DNA from: Promethearchaeota archaeon
GTDB taxonomy: Archaea > Asgardarchaeota > Lokiarchaeia > Sigyniarchaeales > SOKP01
Assembly: GCA_030599585.1 (NCBI GenBank)
Contig: JAUVNS010000001.1
Coordinates: 288,001-352,000, forward strand
DNA length: 64,000 nucleotides
Direction of reading: 5' to 3'
Part shown: in pieces, positions 20,803 to 32,400 of the stretch
Position numbering within the stretch: position 1 is the stretch's first letter
Layout of the letters: every line of letters begins with the position of its first letter
Made by a program: the position numbers and the translations under genes
The notes under the pieces: model-generated
Databases searched by the model: none
Seen by the model: the letters and a program-made list of their open reading frames with translations, nothing else
What the model was told of the DNA's origin: nothing

Positions 20803-20938
20803 TTTAAAAAGAACTTATGAGGCAGGGAAGCTAAAGACGATTATAGATAGGAGATATCCGTTGGAACAGATTGTCGATGCTCACAGGTATGTTGAAACAG
20901 GACAGAAATCGGGACAAGTAATAATAACCATGACATAA
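20803..20938 (+). pseudogene. C-terminal remnant of an NAD(P)-dependent zinc-binding alcohol dehydrogenase/quinone oxidoreductase (MDR) family gene
   Basis: 20819-20938 reads [39 protein letters not shown], preceded by an out-of-frame KEL; no 5' part. Confidence 0.8.
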
Positions 20939-21154
20939 TAACAGAGCCTAACAAAACATTGCAGTTAACTCAATATTAAAATTGTATCTATTTATTAAAA
21001 CAATTGCAAGGACTTTAATTTTTTAAAAATTATTTTGAGATTTTACACAATTTTTATAGCTCTCTGATGGTGAAAACTAATAGTTCTTTAAGTGAAGTTT
21101 TATTTACTTGAACATTTATTTATAAAATAAGTATCAGTCACGAAGTGTGAAAAA

Positions 21155-21379
21155 ATGGCAGATTTAACTCTTAATGCACTAGGAAAAAAATGCCCAATGC
21201 CTATCCTCCTGACTAAAAAAGAATTAAAGAAAATGAGTCCAGGACAAACTCTTGAGTTGATCGTCGACGATAAAGGAGCTTTAAAAGATGTACCTGCTCT
21301 TATCCGTAAGACGGGTGATACGATACTCGAGACGAAAGATAATGGCGAACAAATAACTTTTATGATACAAAAGGTTTAA
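21155..21379 (+). CDS. tusA: Sulfurtransferase TusA family protein
   Basis: LNALGKKCPMP motif, 74 aa. Confidence 0.9.
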   Translation: MADLTLNALGKKCPMPILLTKKELKKMSPGQTLELIVDDKGALKDVPALIRKTGDTILETKDNGEQITFMIQKV

Positions 21380-21446
21380 ACCTTAAATTTACGAGAAAAT
21401 TAGTTAATGACGATAATAATTAAAAAAATCAAAAAAAGTGAATAAA

Positions 21447-21878
21447 ATGACAGAAGATATAAGTTTTATTGTAAGTGATAGATCCTTCGAAAAGTTTGGT
21501 ATGATGTTGATTCTTGGAACTACCGGCGACGCGATGGACGTTAAAATGAACTTCTTTTTTACATTTTGGGGATTATATCTTTTGAAAAAGAAATTCAGAA
21601 AAATTAGGAAGATCCCGAAGTCATCTGGTATGGCTTCTATGATGAAAGGAATGGGCGGTAAAATCTTTTCTAAGAGATTAAAGAAGTTTGGGATGGAAGA
21701 TCAATGGGGAATGATTAAAGAAGCTGTCGAAAACGGAAACGTGAAACTCTATCCGTGCCAAATGACGATGGATTTAATGGGTATCAAAAGAGAAGAAATG
21801 TGGGACTTTGTAGAAGATCCAATTGGAGCTGCTGGGTTCTTAGAGCTTAGTGCAGATGCCAAAATAGTCTCACTATAA
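21447..21878 (+). CDS. dsrE: DsrE/DsrF/DrsH-like sulfur carrier/peroxiredoxin-family protein
   Basis: FFTFWGL, YPCQMTMDLMG and GAAGFL motifs; directly downstream of tusA. Confidence 0.85.
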   Translation: MTEDISFIVSDRSFEKFGMMLILGTTGDAMDVKMNFFFTFWGLYLLKKKFRKIRKIPKSSGMASMMKGMGGKIFSKRLKKFGMEDQWGMIKEAVENGNVKLYPCQMTMDLMGIKREEMWDFVEDPIGAAGFLELSADAKIVSL

Positions 21879-21903
21879 ATAAAAAAAAATTTTATTTCTC
21901 TTT

Positions 21904-23127
21904 TTACAACATATCTGATTCTCTTTTATAATACTCAGAAATGTTTTTGCCCTTACCAAGAATTGCATCTACCTTTTCAAGTTCTTCAGGTATATTTATC
22001 TCCTGCGGACATTTCTCTAAACATTCGCCGCATTTAGTACAGAAAAAGGCATTTCCATTGGGATATTCTTTATTCAACTTTTTCTTGGATTTAGCTAATT
22101 TTTTGTATCTTCGGTTTATAAGGAAGGTCATTCCTCCTTTCTGTCCGGTATAAGCTACATTATTGAGAACTGCAAAATTTTCCGGAATATTGACGCCAGA
22201 AGGGCAAGGCATGCAATATTTACATGCCGTACATTGAACAAGAATGCTTTTACGATAAATGCCTGCTAACTCAGTAATTATTTTATTATCTTCTTCACTC
22301 AATGAATTAATTCCCGATTTAGAGGCGCTTTCAACATTTTCATCTATCATTTTTATGGATCCCATTCCGCTGAGTACAACCGCTACTTCAGGTTGATTCC
22401 AAACGTACTGTAAAGCCCAATCAACGGGGGTTCGCTGGGTTGATGTTTTCTTCATTATTTCTAAAGCTTCTTCAGTAGGATTGGCTAACTTTCCTCCTTT
22501 TACAGGCTCCATAACCACAACTGCTATTCCTTTTTCGTGGGCATATTTTAGCCCCTCGTGAGTTGCTTGAATAGCCGTATCCATGTAATTATATTGAATT
22601 TGGGCGAGATCCCACTTGTAATAATCGATTATCTCTTTAAATACCGGAAGCGTGTCGTGAAAAGAGAATCCTATATGTTTAATCAGTCCTTTTTCTTTAG
22701 CTTCTTCCATCTTTTCCATTAATTTTAATTCCTTAACTTTCTTAAATGAATTTCTCGAGAGACCGTGGAAAAAGTAGGCGTCTAAGTAATCGGTTTGAAG
22801 ACTTTTTAATTGCTGGTTGAGATATTTGTAAAAATCTTCTGTTTTTCTGACGAGGAACATTGGTAACTTGGTTACGAGGAAAATTTTTTCTCTATATCCG
22901 TCTTTTAATGCTTCACCTAGTACTTTTTCGCTTGCTCCAAAGCCATAAATCCAACCGGTGTCGATATAATTAATGCCTTTATCGATTGCATAACGAATTA
23001 ACTTTATTGATTCGTCCCAATCTACTCTAGGGAGAAATTTTTTTGTAGGGAGTCGCATAGCACCCAACCCAAGCGCAGATACATTCCAAGCTATGGAACC
23101 AAAATTTCGATATTTCATTTCATTCAT
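21904..23127 (-). CDS. Aldo/keto reductase with C-terminal 2x[4Fe-4S] domain
   Basis: GLGAMRLP, IDTG..Y, IGFSFH, VMEPVKGG, CTACKYCMPCP and CTKCGECLEKCP. Confidence 0.92.
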   Translation of the reverse strand: MNEMKYRNFGSIAWNVSALGLGAMRLPTKKFLPRVDWDESIKLIRYAIDKGINYIDTGWIYGFGASEKVLGEALKDGYREKIFLVTKLPMFLVRKTEDFYKYLNQQLKSLQTDYLDAYFFHGLSRNSFKKVKELKLMEKMEEAKEKGLIKHIGFSFHDTLPVFKEIIDYYKWDLAQIQYNYMDTAIQATHEGLKYAHEKGIAVVVMEPVKGGKLANPTEEALEIMKKTSTQRTPVDWALQYVWNQPEVAVVLSGMGSIKMIDENVESASKSGINSLSEEDNKIITELAGIYRKSILVQCTACKYCMPCPSGVNIPENFAVLNNVAYTGQKGGMTFLINRRYKKLAKSKKKLNKEYPNGNAFFCTKCGECLEKCPQEINIPEELEKVDAILGKGKNISEYYKRESDML

Positions 23128-23409
23128 TATTTTAAAAATTTTTTATTGCAGATAATTATTTTTATTAATTCATTCTGGGACATTAATTGGGTAGTATCCA
23201 TATTTTTCCCGAATTTCTAACAATAACTGAAAATGTTCTAATGGAATTGCGGGATTTCTAATTTTATCCTAACCAACCGTATCTTTCTTACTAATTGAAG
23301 CATGTTTTTGTGAGAAATTAAAATCTCTCTTAAATTCTGAATTGACCATAATCTAATGAAAAAATATTTAAACCAAGCTATCTACTATAGAAACTAGAGG
23401 CTATGGTTA

Positions 23410-25695
23410 GTGAAATCGAAAAGTTTCTTAGATAAATGGAACTTAAACAGAAATAGGGTTTGCCTAATAATTACTTTATTCTTAATTTTTTTGTTACATA
23501 TTTCTGTAAGAGATATTTTAATAAATCCGACTGCTAATGGAAGTGTGTATGATTCACCATTAGATGTCCAGTTAAGATCTTCAAGTTTTAATGCCACTCT
23601 AACAAAATCCGTTGGAGGTGGGCCAGAGCACGTTGTCGTAGAGGATGTTAATAATGATGGATATGACGATATTATTACAGCAAACTATTGGGATGATAAT
23701 GTATCTATAATTTTATGGAATTCGAGTACAAGTGATTGGGAGGAGCACTTTACTAGATCTGTTGGAGATGGACCTAGTAGTGTTTTTATCGGTGATGCGG
23801 ATAATGATGGATTTAATGATATTATAACTGCGAATTATTGGGATGGAAATGTCTCAATTCTGTTATGGAATTCGACTTTACTTGACTGGGAAGAACCCAT
23901 AACGAAATTAGTAGGTAATGGTCCAGAAACTGCTATATTGGGTGACCTCAATAACGATGGATATAACGATATCGTTACAGCAAATAATTGGGATAATACA
24001 ATCTCTTTATTAATCTGGAATGAGAGCCTTGGTTTCTGGAACCCAGAAGTAACACAATCTGTAGGCGATGGACCTGAATGTATATTTGTTGGTGATGTCA
24101 ATAATGATGGGTTAAACGATACTGTAACTACTAATTATTCAGACGATACGATTTCGTTATTTCTATGGAATGGTAGTATAAATGCTTGGGATCCTGAAGT
24201 AATATTATCAGTTGGAAATGGTCCTGGAAGTGTTTTTATTGAAGATGCTAATAATGATGGATATGCCGATATAATTACATCAAACTATGTTGATGATACT
24301 GTTTCAATCTTAACTTGGAATAACAGCACTAAACTTTGGAATCAAGAAATCACTGCGTCAGTAGGGGATGGGCCAGAAATTGTTTTAGTTGATGATGTAA
24401 ATATCGATGGATATAATGATATTTTAACTACTAATTATGGAGATAATGACATATCTATATTGATATGGAACGTTATTTCTTCTGATTGGAATCCTCAATT
24501 CACCATCTCTGTTGGAAATAGACCGCAAAGTGGTGTTATAGCAGATTTAAACTACGATGGTTACAATGACATATTAGTTTCAAACTTCCTGGATAATAAT
24601 TTGTCCATTCTTTTATTTATGACTAATCCGATATCAGACGACACATATGAAGAAAACGATGATTTACCAACAGCCTCCTATATCACTAATGACACTCGAT
24701 ATACAAATCTGGCATATTTAGATTTGGATTACTATTATTTTAATGTTTCTAAAGACTTTCTTATTAATCCGAAAATTGAATATGATAGTTTTAGCACAGA
24801 ATTTTATTTATACTTATATAATTCTTCCTATGACCTTGTAGCAGAGAGTCGCTCAAATCAAGTTTTTCAATATTTAGCTAATAATACAGATTATTTCTAT
24901 CTAGGAATTCTCTGTAACGAATTATATACATCCTATAATCTTACCATCAGCTTATTTCCCCTTCCAGGTAATTTCTCTCTTACTTCTGATGCCGCTAATC
25001 CTGATTTAGATGGGAATTTTACATTATCGTGGAGCCATGCTGAAGATGTTACTAATTATTCAATTTATCAACATAATAGTTATATTTCGGAAATTAATGC
25101 AAGTTTAACACTGGTAATAGAGGGAATCTTTCAAAATAATTACAATTTAACCAAATACCTTAATGGAACTTATTATTTTATACTATTGGCAACCAATTTC
25201 GTTGGCTCCACTCTTTCAAATTGTATATCACTAAATATATCTATTCCAGCTCCACCCAAACCACCTGGCAATTTTTCATTATTTTCAAGTGCAGGAACCC
25301 CTGATGATGATGGAAACTTTACATTAATTTGGTCTAAATCAATTAGAGCAGAAAATTATAGCGTATATCAATATTCTAAGTTTATATCAGAAATAAATGG
25401 TAGTTTAAATTTACTGGTAAGCGGATTAACTAATAATTCACTCAACATTTTTGATTATGTTAATGGAACTTACTTTTTCATGATCGTTGCTTTTAATGAT
25501 GCGGGGGTCACATCATCAAACTGTTATTCTGTTACTGTAATGATTCCCCAAAAAAATGACCCAGAGGTGATTCCAACAATTAAGATTTTTGGTTACAATT
25601 TTTGGTTTATAATTTTAATTATTGTATCATTTTATATTGCTTTAATTATTAAATTAATAACTAAGAAAGATATACACTATATTGTTCTAAATTAA
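23410..25695 (+). CDS. FG-GAP/VCBS 7-repeat beta-propeller surface protein with FN3-like domains and a Loki-CTERM-like anchor
   Basis: Seven 49-aa SVGxGP...DxNNDGYxDI repeats, two PGNFSL.S.A..PD.DGNFTL.W repeats, C-terminal IFGY + TM + basic residues. Confidence 0.85.
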   Translation: MKSKSFLDKWNLNRNRVCLIITLFLIFLLHISVRDILINPTANGSVYDSPLDVQLRSSSFNATLTKSVGGGPEHVVVEDVNNDGYDDIITANYWDDNVSIILWNSSTSDWEEHFTRSVGDGPSSVFIGDADNDGFNDIITANYWDGNVSILLWNSTLLDWEEPITKLVGNGPETAILGDLNNDGYNDIVTANNWDNTISLLIWNESLGFWNPEVTQSVGDGPECIFVGDVNNDGLNDTVTTNYSDDTISLFLWNGSINAWDPEVILSVGNGPGSVFIEDANNDGYADIITSNYVDDTVSILTWNNSTKLWNQEITASVGDGPEIVLVDDVNIDGYNDILTTNYGDNDISILIWNVISSDWNPQFTISVGNRPQSGVIADLNYDGYNDILVSNFLDNNLSILLFMTNPISDDTYEENDDLPTASYITNDTRYTNLAYLDLDYYYFNVSKDFLINPKIEYDSFSTEFYLYLYNSSYDLVAESRSNQVFQYLANNTDYFYLGILCNELYTSYNLTISLFPLPGNFSLTSDAANPDLDGNFTLSWSHAEDVTNYSIYQHNSYISEINASLTLVIEGIFQNNYNLTKYLNGTYYFILLATNFVGSTLSNCISLNISIPAPPKPPGNFSLFSSAGTPDDDGNFTLIWSKSIRAENYSVYQYSKFISEINGSLNLLVSGLTNNSLNIFDYVNGTYFFMIVAFNDAGVTSSNCYSVTVMIPQKNDPEVIPTIKIFGYNFWFIILIIVSFYIALIIKLITKKDIHYIVLN

Positions 25696-25740
25696 TTAGA
25701 AATCTATGAATGATCCATTAATTGAAAATGAATAGATTAA

Positions 25741-26382
25741 TTAGTTATCTTTAGTGGTGATTAGTGAATTTTTTAAATTCTCTCTAAATTGTTTAATACG
25801 ATCTAATTCTTTCAATTGAATCTCAGTATTCTCGGGTAAATTTTCAGTATGCAAATTTAATTCAAAATCAATGCTAAAGCTAGTACAAAACTGTTTTAAT
25901 TTTGATATAATTAATTCCATATTCTCTTTTCGAAAACGCAATAAAAATATTCTTAAGTCTTGTGAATCCCTTTCAGTTGTCACTTTTACCACGTAATTAT
26001 GTTTAAATTTATAAGAATTGAAATATTTTTCATTAGAAATATCTACTTTTTTAATTTCAAACCATAATAATTTTAAATAAACTTGGTTTTGAAGTAAAAT
26101 TTTTATTTCTTTGGCTGTTATAAAACATTTTACATAATAAATTGGAGTGTTGCGATTAAGATATTTTTTTATGGTGTAATATCCCATTATTAATAATGTA
26201 ATAGTTACGAAAAAGAAAAGAAGAAAACCAAATGTATTAACTTCTTGGTAAAAAATGATTACCAAAGTGATTATTACAATGATAGGCAAAATGAATGGGA
26301 TTGTAGTAAACAACAGATCAATTATAAATTCTCTTTTATAGTGGTCTTCCACTTCAAATAGTTCTTCATTCAAATTATTCAT
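25741..26382 (-). CDS. Hypothetical 2-TM membrane protein with a PH-like soluble domain
   Basis: Two N-terminal TMs, then I..KEI.I...W.EIKKV bPH-like pattern; very AT-rich. Confidence 0.65.
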   Translation of the reverse strand: MNNLNEELFEVEDHYKREFIIDLLFTTIPFILPIIVIITLVIIFYQEVNTFGFLLFFFVTITLLIMGYYTIKKYLNRNTPIYYVKCFITAKEIKILLQNQVYLKLLWFEIKKVDISNEKYFNSYKFKHNYVVKVTTERDSQDLRIFLLRFRKENMELIISKLKQFCTSFSIDFELNLHTENLPENTEIQLKELDRIKQFRENLKNSLITTKDN

Positions 26383-26428
26383 GTAAAATTCCCTATATGT
26401 TAATATTTTTATAAAAAAAAAAAAAAAT

Positions 26429-29400
26429 TTAAGGTTGATTATATATCATTAAAATTCTCCATATAAATATACCGATCATTCCCAGGAAAAAGCTTACTTT
26501 ATACCATAGGTCTAATTGAGAACTGCGCTCATCTAGATCTGGATTAAGGACTATTGCTATAACTCCCGTGACTATACCAACAATTCCCAAAGATGCGCCA
26601 ATATCGCCAAAAAATTCCAAGGGATTTATGTTATTAATGTCTGTACCAATTATACCCAATAGCGGTCCTATAAGATCTAATACTAGCCCTCCAACAAAAA
26701 AAAACGCTATAAGGTTTTCAATTTGTTTAGGGATTTTTCCAGATAGCCCTCCGAATATCAAAGAAGATATAAAAAGCATACCAGCAACAATAAAACTACC
26801 CACAGCTAAACCGAAAAAGTATGAGTCGGGATCGGTCTGTGGAGTATCAAAAATCGCCGTTAAAAAGCCACAAATCAATGCAATTACACTAAAAGCAATC
26901 GCTACACGTATTAAGCGCATTGCTAATTTGTTTTGTGGAGTTGCTGGTTTCATCGCAAACGCACTTAAAGCATCAACATTCATCCCTATAGCAATTAAAT
27001 CAAATGCTAATAAAACTCCAGAACTAAATGACTCAAAATCAAATCCTTGGGGATATTCAACAATATCTAAACCTGATGGAGGTTGAATTAGTAATGAAGT
27101 CTTCGGAGTTTCGCCAGTTTGTTCATAGTCTGAGGATTCTGGGTTTGGATCTTCATTTGTTTCAAATGTTATAATGTCAATCACGGTATCTTCCATTGAA
27201 TCTGTATCGGTTTTAAAGAAATTACTAGATACCTCAAAACTCAAATCATTACAAATAATTGAAAAAGTTAGAGAGGGTATATATAAATCTAAAAATGATA
27301 CATAGTCTAATCCAATGGAATATCCAAAGTAAAAGTTGAAATAATCATTTTGTGCTGTAATTGAGTTTATCGATATCTGCGGTTCAATACCTAGGATATT
27401 GCTTAATAATAAAACGGCAGGTAATAATATTAAGATCATAGGGATCATTAGTATCAAAAGCAATGCAAACATTAGATAAATGAATACTAAAATAACTGCT
27501 TTAAGAATTGCTTCTACCGCAGCAAGAATAGTTTGTGTTATAGCTTCCATCAAATTCATTCCAATTTCCATTATCCACTCAAATAATGCTACGAAGAATT
27601 CTCCAATTGCTACTAAAACATCAATAATAAATTGGATTATCTCCACGATTATTTGAATAAAATTTTGCCACGGCGTTCTCGGCCACACCCCAACTTCGCT
27701 GTTTTGAAGGTCTCCCATATTTAATGGTATTAACTCTAGAATATCTGATGCTACACCTAAGCTTTCTGCGACGTAATCGTTAGTATATCCATAAATAATA
27801 CCTTCGGTCTCATTCGCACTCGTTACAGCAAGAAGCAGAAGATCATATGCGTCTTCAGCGTTTAGTGTTTTAGCGATAACGCATTCCACATTAGGACTGA
27901 TAGAATCCTTTAATTCTTCCCTATTGATTCCTGATACATTTGCACCTTTTATACAAGAGGGTACATCATACCATTTGGAGTCAGAGACAATACCAAATTC
28001 ATCTACGGATGTTTCAATAATTCTATGAAGTTTGCTATTAGTAAAAACTGATGTAGGAATCAATATTGCATTTATTCCTGCAACAAAGTAATCATTTGTT
28101 CCAGAATTAACATCTAACAACACTACAGTCATTTTTTCAATAGCGGAATAATGTCCATTATAGAATGTTCCATTTTCATATACAGCTACCGTGTTGACTC
28201 TTGGAATACCTTTAGTTTCAATACTTATATTAATAAAATTGCTACCACTATAGATAAATTTCTCTTGTGTGTTCATTTCACCGTCTTTCATGAAATCGTG
28301 ATTAATAACTCCATCTACATGAGGTAACCATCCTAATAAGTAAAACTTCCAAAGTTCGGCTTTAATACTTATATCGGTATCTCCATCATCTACATCAAAA
28401 TAGTATTCGTCGTCAAATTTTGCAATCGTATTAACAGATCCTATTGTAAATGGCTTTAAACCGGGATAAGGAACACAGAATCTCGTACAAATTGTATAAG
28501 ATCTCCATCTACACCTAAGTGCCCACCAGCATATTTTACCTAACCACGTACTTGCACATTTTTTAATCCAATAACAGTCCAACCAAGGAATAGTAATACA
28601 CGAAGTCCAACAATACCAGTAAATCCAAGGTAAATATACAATTATGGGTCTATTTCCATCACTAGCAACCTCAGTGGGTGTAGCTACCTCCCATTTATGT
28701 TCGGGATCAGCTTCAACCTCTAAGGTAACCTGTAAGGTCGGATTAAATATTTGAAAAATATCATCGTATTTTGCTGTGTTCACTCTTACCATTACAATAA
28801 GGTTGTGGAGTGGATCTGCGTCTGCCCAATCTTCAACACCGTCTCCGTCGGTATCTCTTGAATTAGGGTTCCAACCCATATCAATCTCATATTTATCATT
28901 GATAGTATCACCATCTGTGTCTCTCTTAGCAGGATTAGTAATCCATCCATTATTTTCTTCTGGATTTACTTCTACGCCATCTAAAATTCCATCGTTATCT
29001 GTGTCTGCAGCTCGAGGATTAAGATATTTTGTAAAAGCTAATGCGTATTCTTCTAGAAGACAATCCATGGAACTATGAATTTTCAGCTTCCATTCGCCAC
29101 CAAATGTTTTTCCACTGTTTTCCACAATTTGTTTTATGTCTGAAACATTTACATAATATCTCTGGTTTGACGCTTGCTTTTCAAATAATAATTCGCTTTG
29201 CAGAAATAATTGGATAGTTAGATCAACAGTATTTACTCCCTCACCAACAGATATAGAGGTTGTAAGCCCTGCTTGAATTATTCTCTTAGTTCTCTCAGTA
29301 GACAGGATAAATGTGTTCCAACCGGTTGATAATTTCTTTCTTTCTTTTATCTCTTTTGTAACTGAATATACTTCTTGCCCATCTAACAAAAGGTCACCAT

Positions 29401-32400
29401 CAGAGTCAGCAACTAAAGGAAGAGTAATGTACCCATCTTGACCGGGATAAACTTCTTCACTGTCTGATAAGCCATCTTCATCCGAATCTTTCTTATTGGG
29501 ATCAGTACCAATTTCTCTTTCTTTTGAATCAGATAATCCGTCACCATCTGCGTCTACTTTCCAGGGATACAAGTCTTCTAAATCATCAACTCCATCATTA
29601 TCACTATCTTTATTTCTGGGGTCCGTACCATTCACATATTCAGAGTAATCGCTCACTCCGTCAAAATCTGTGTCAAATTTCAGAGGATCTGAATCTACAG
29701 CAAAAATCTTTGTCACGTATACATCTGGGTAATTGACTGGATCTTCATAATAATCTATTGTTAGTTCCCAGCCAAATATTTCGCAACTATCAGTTAAATT
29801 GTCATTGTCGGTATCATTTGACAAAGGATCTGTCCCATAATAAAACTCACCCTTTATTCCATATTTATACCCATCAGGAAGGCCATCCGCATCAGTGTCT
29901 GCATTTAACGGATCTGTTCCATAAATATACTCTTCATACCAATCAGTTAGTAAATCACCGTCACAATCAGAATCATCTGGCGATGTACCCAACATTGCTT
30001 CAATTTCGTCAGTAATACCATCCCCATCGGAATCTAGGACAACTACAATCTCAAATTGAGCCATTCCTCTTTTGCCTACATCGTCATACGCTTCAACTAT
30101 ACACTTATATGTAGACGAGATTTCGTACTTAAAATTGATAGTTGAACTGTGTTCTGTAATTGAAGTTGTTCCATTAAATGTCCAATTATAGAATATATTA
30201 CTAGAATCCATGAAAGAATCGAGTGTATAGGCATTAAGTGATATTTCTCCTGGTGGACCGTATATGTATTTACTTGAAGTTGTTACAGTTGGAGTTATTC
30301 CCTCAATAATGAAATCTAAATCAATCGTGGTCGTGTCTCCGTCCATATCAGATACTGTTAAATTACCTGTGTAGTCTCCATCATTTAGACAAATAGACGG
30401 CTTGTTTCCGTATAAAATCTCTCCATTAACATCCCAAATAAAATCTAAGCCCCACTCATCTGCAATACTATCAAAGACTGCCATATCTAAGTTAATTACG
30501 GTTCCTTCCAGGCCTTCAAATCCGTAGGGCCCTTCTATAAGTGGAGGTTCATTGGTGACATTCATGATTATCATGGTGCTATTAAATACACCATTATCGT
30601 CAAAGACAAAAAGAGTCAAATTGTAAAATCCAGACTCTGCCCATACATGTCCCCTAAGAGAAGAATCGCATTGTTCGCCCCAGAAAGGAATAAAATCTAA
30701 GTCATAATAAGTGTAACCATCTCCAAAATCCCAGTAAAACCTAAGTTCATCTAGATCAGAGTCGGAATCACTAAACGACGAAGATTCATTTAGACGTACA
30801 TATTGATCTTCAAGAATATTTGGATAGATATTCTTAAGAGTTATTTCAGGGACGCGATTAAAGATTTCTATTAAAGTTCCAGTTTTAGATGTGGCATCAC
30901 CATCACTAGCAGTAATTGTTATAAGATATACCCCTTCATTTTCATAGGTGTGAAATATTTCAGCATCCCCAGAAGCAGTTTCCATAGGTGAACCATCGCC
31001 AAAATTCCATTCCACATTTAAAGTCGCATCGTTATCAAAATCGAATAAATCTGCAAACATCGGTACGATTTCATCCTCATATGAAGAACCATAGGCATAT
31101 ATAAAAGCGTCTGGTGCAAAGTTTATAAAATCAGTAGTGCCTTGAGTTGTATCAATTTTTACTGTTTTGGAGTCTTGTCCACCGTCGTCATCTTCAGCAT
31201 AAACTTCCAATATGTTTACAGCTTCAATGATGTTAATTACTTGTGCTCCATCTATATTAATCTGTTGATGCATTTCTAAGAAACTTAGATCAATAGGATA
31301 GAAGGTAAATTTTATTGGAATATTAGTCGGAAATTCATTTTCATAGTAGTCATCAATAGCTAATTTCTGAGTGAAGGTTAGATCTGAATAAATTTTACCA
31401 CTTTCATTGTACACATATGCCTCATATAAAATATGATTTGGATCATGAGGTATTGTAAGTGTTTTTGTATAAGGATACGAAATATCTGCAGCTCCAGGAA
31501 AGTCAATCTCAAGTAATAAATGCAGTTTAAAATCAGCTTCAACATGTATATCATCTTTGCTTGGATCGAATATTGACCCTTCAAAAGTAATCGGCATTTT
31601 ATACATATGATCTGCAAGTCTAGCGGTAAATTCATCAGGATCTAATTTCCATCCTGGCCAAAATTCACTGAATGAAGTACCAATTGAAAAACTGCTTCCA
31701 TCCAAAAATGAAAACACCAAATCTATGTAATAAACGCCAGGAAGAAGTTCATGAGTTCTATTGATTTTTATGACATAATCCTTAGACAAGTCAAATCGGA
31801 AAGGAATTGGTGGAGTCTCCATTCTATTTTCTCCCGATGGTTTGCCTACAAGGTAACCAACCTCAGTTTCTCCATCTCCAATAAATTCTACAGAAAAATT
31901 GCACACTTTTGGCGTTGGTGCTTTAATAAACGCTGTCACATTAACATCAATGTACGCCCAATTAAGGTTAATATGGGGTGGTACATTTTCAACGGTTATC
32001 TTTGTTCCGTCAGTTGCAGATAAGCCTTCTGGATCTTCCACAGAAACATTAACATCTCCGATAAAATCATCAGTCCATAAATTTGATACTCTCCAACCGG
32101 AATCGCCGAAACTCCATGAATAGTTTAGAAGTGGAGAATCTGGAAAAGAATCAGACGAGTCTACTTCGAAAACAAAAGTTTCACCTTCGTTAATGGTGAT
32201 AAATTCTTCTATAAGATCGATCGTAGGAGCCTCATTAATCACATAGACGGTTTTATGAATTACATCAATGGTACCATCGTCATCTCTAACTGTTAAACTC
32301 ACATCATATTCCCCTGATTGAATATATTGGTGTACTATTCCAAGTCCCCATCCTGTTTGCCCATCTCCAAAGTCCCAATAGTATTGTAAACTTCCGAGAT

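Noticed and set aside
21155-21878. Selenoprotein or novel sulfur system at tusA-dsrE
   Set aside because: Both catalytic residues are ordinary Cys codons with no in-frame TGA; tusA-dsrE pairing is well known.
23600-24620. CRISPR-like periodicity (147-bp period)
   Set aside because: These are degenerate, in-frame protein-coding FG-GAP repeats, with no identical repeats or unique spacers.
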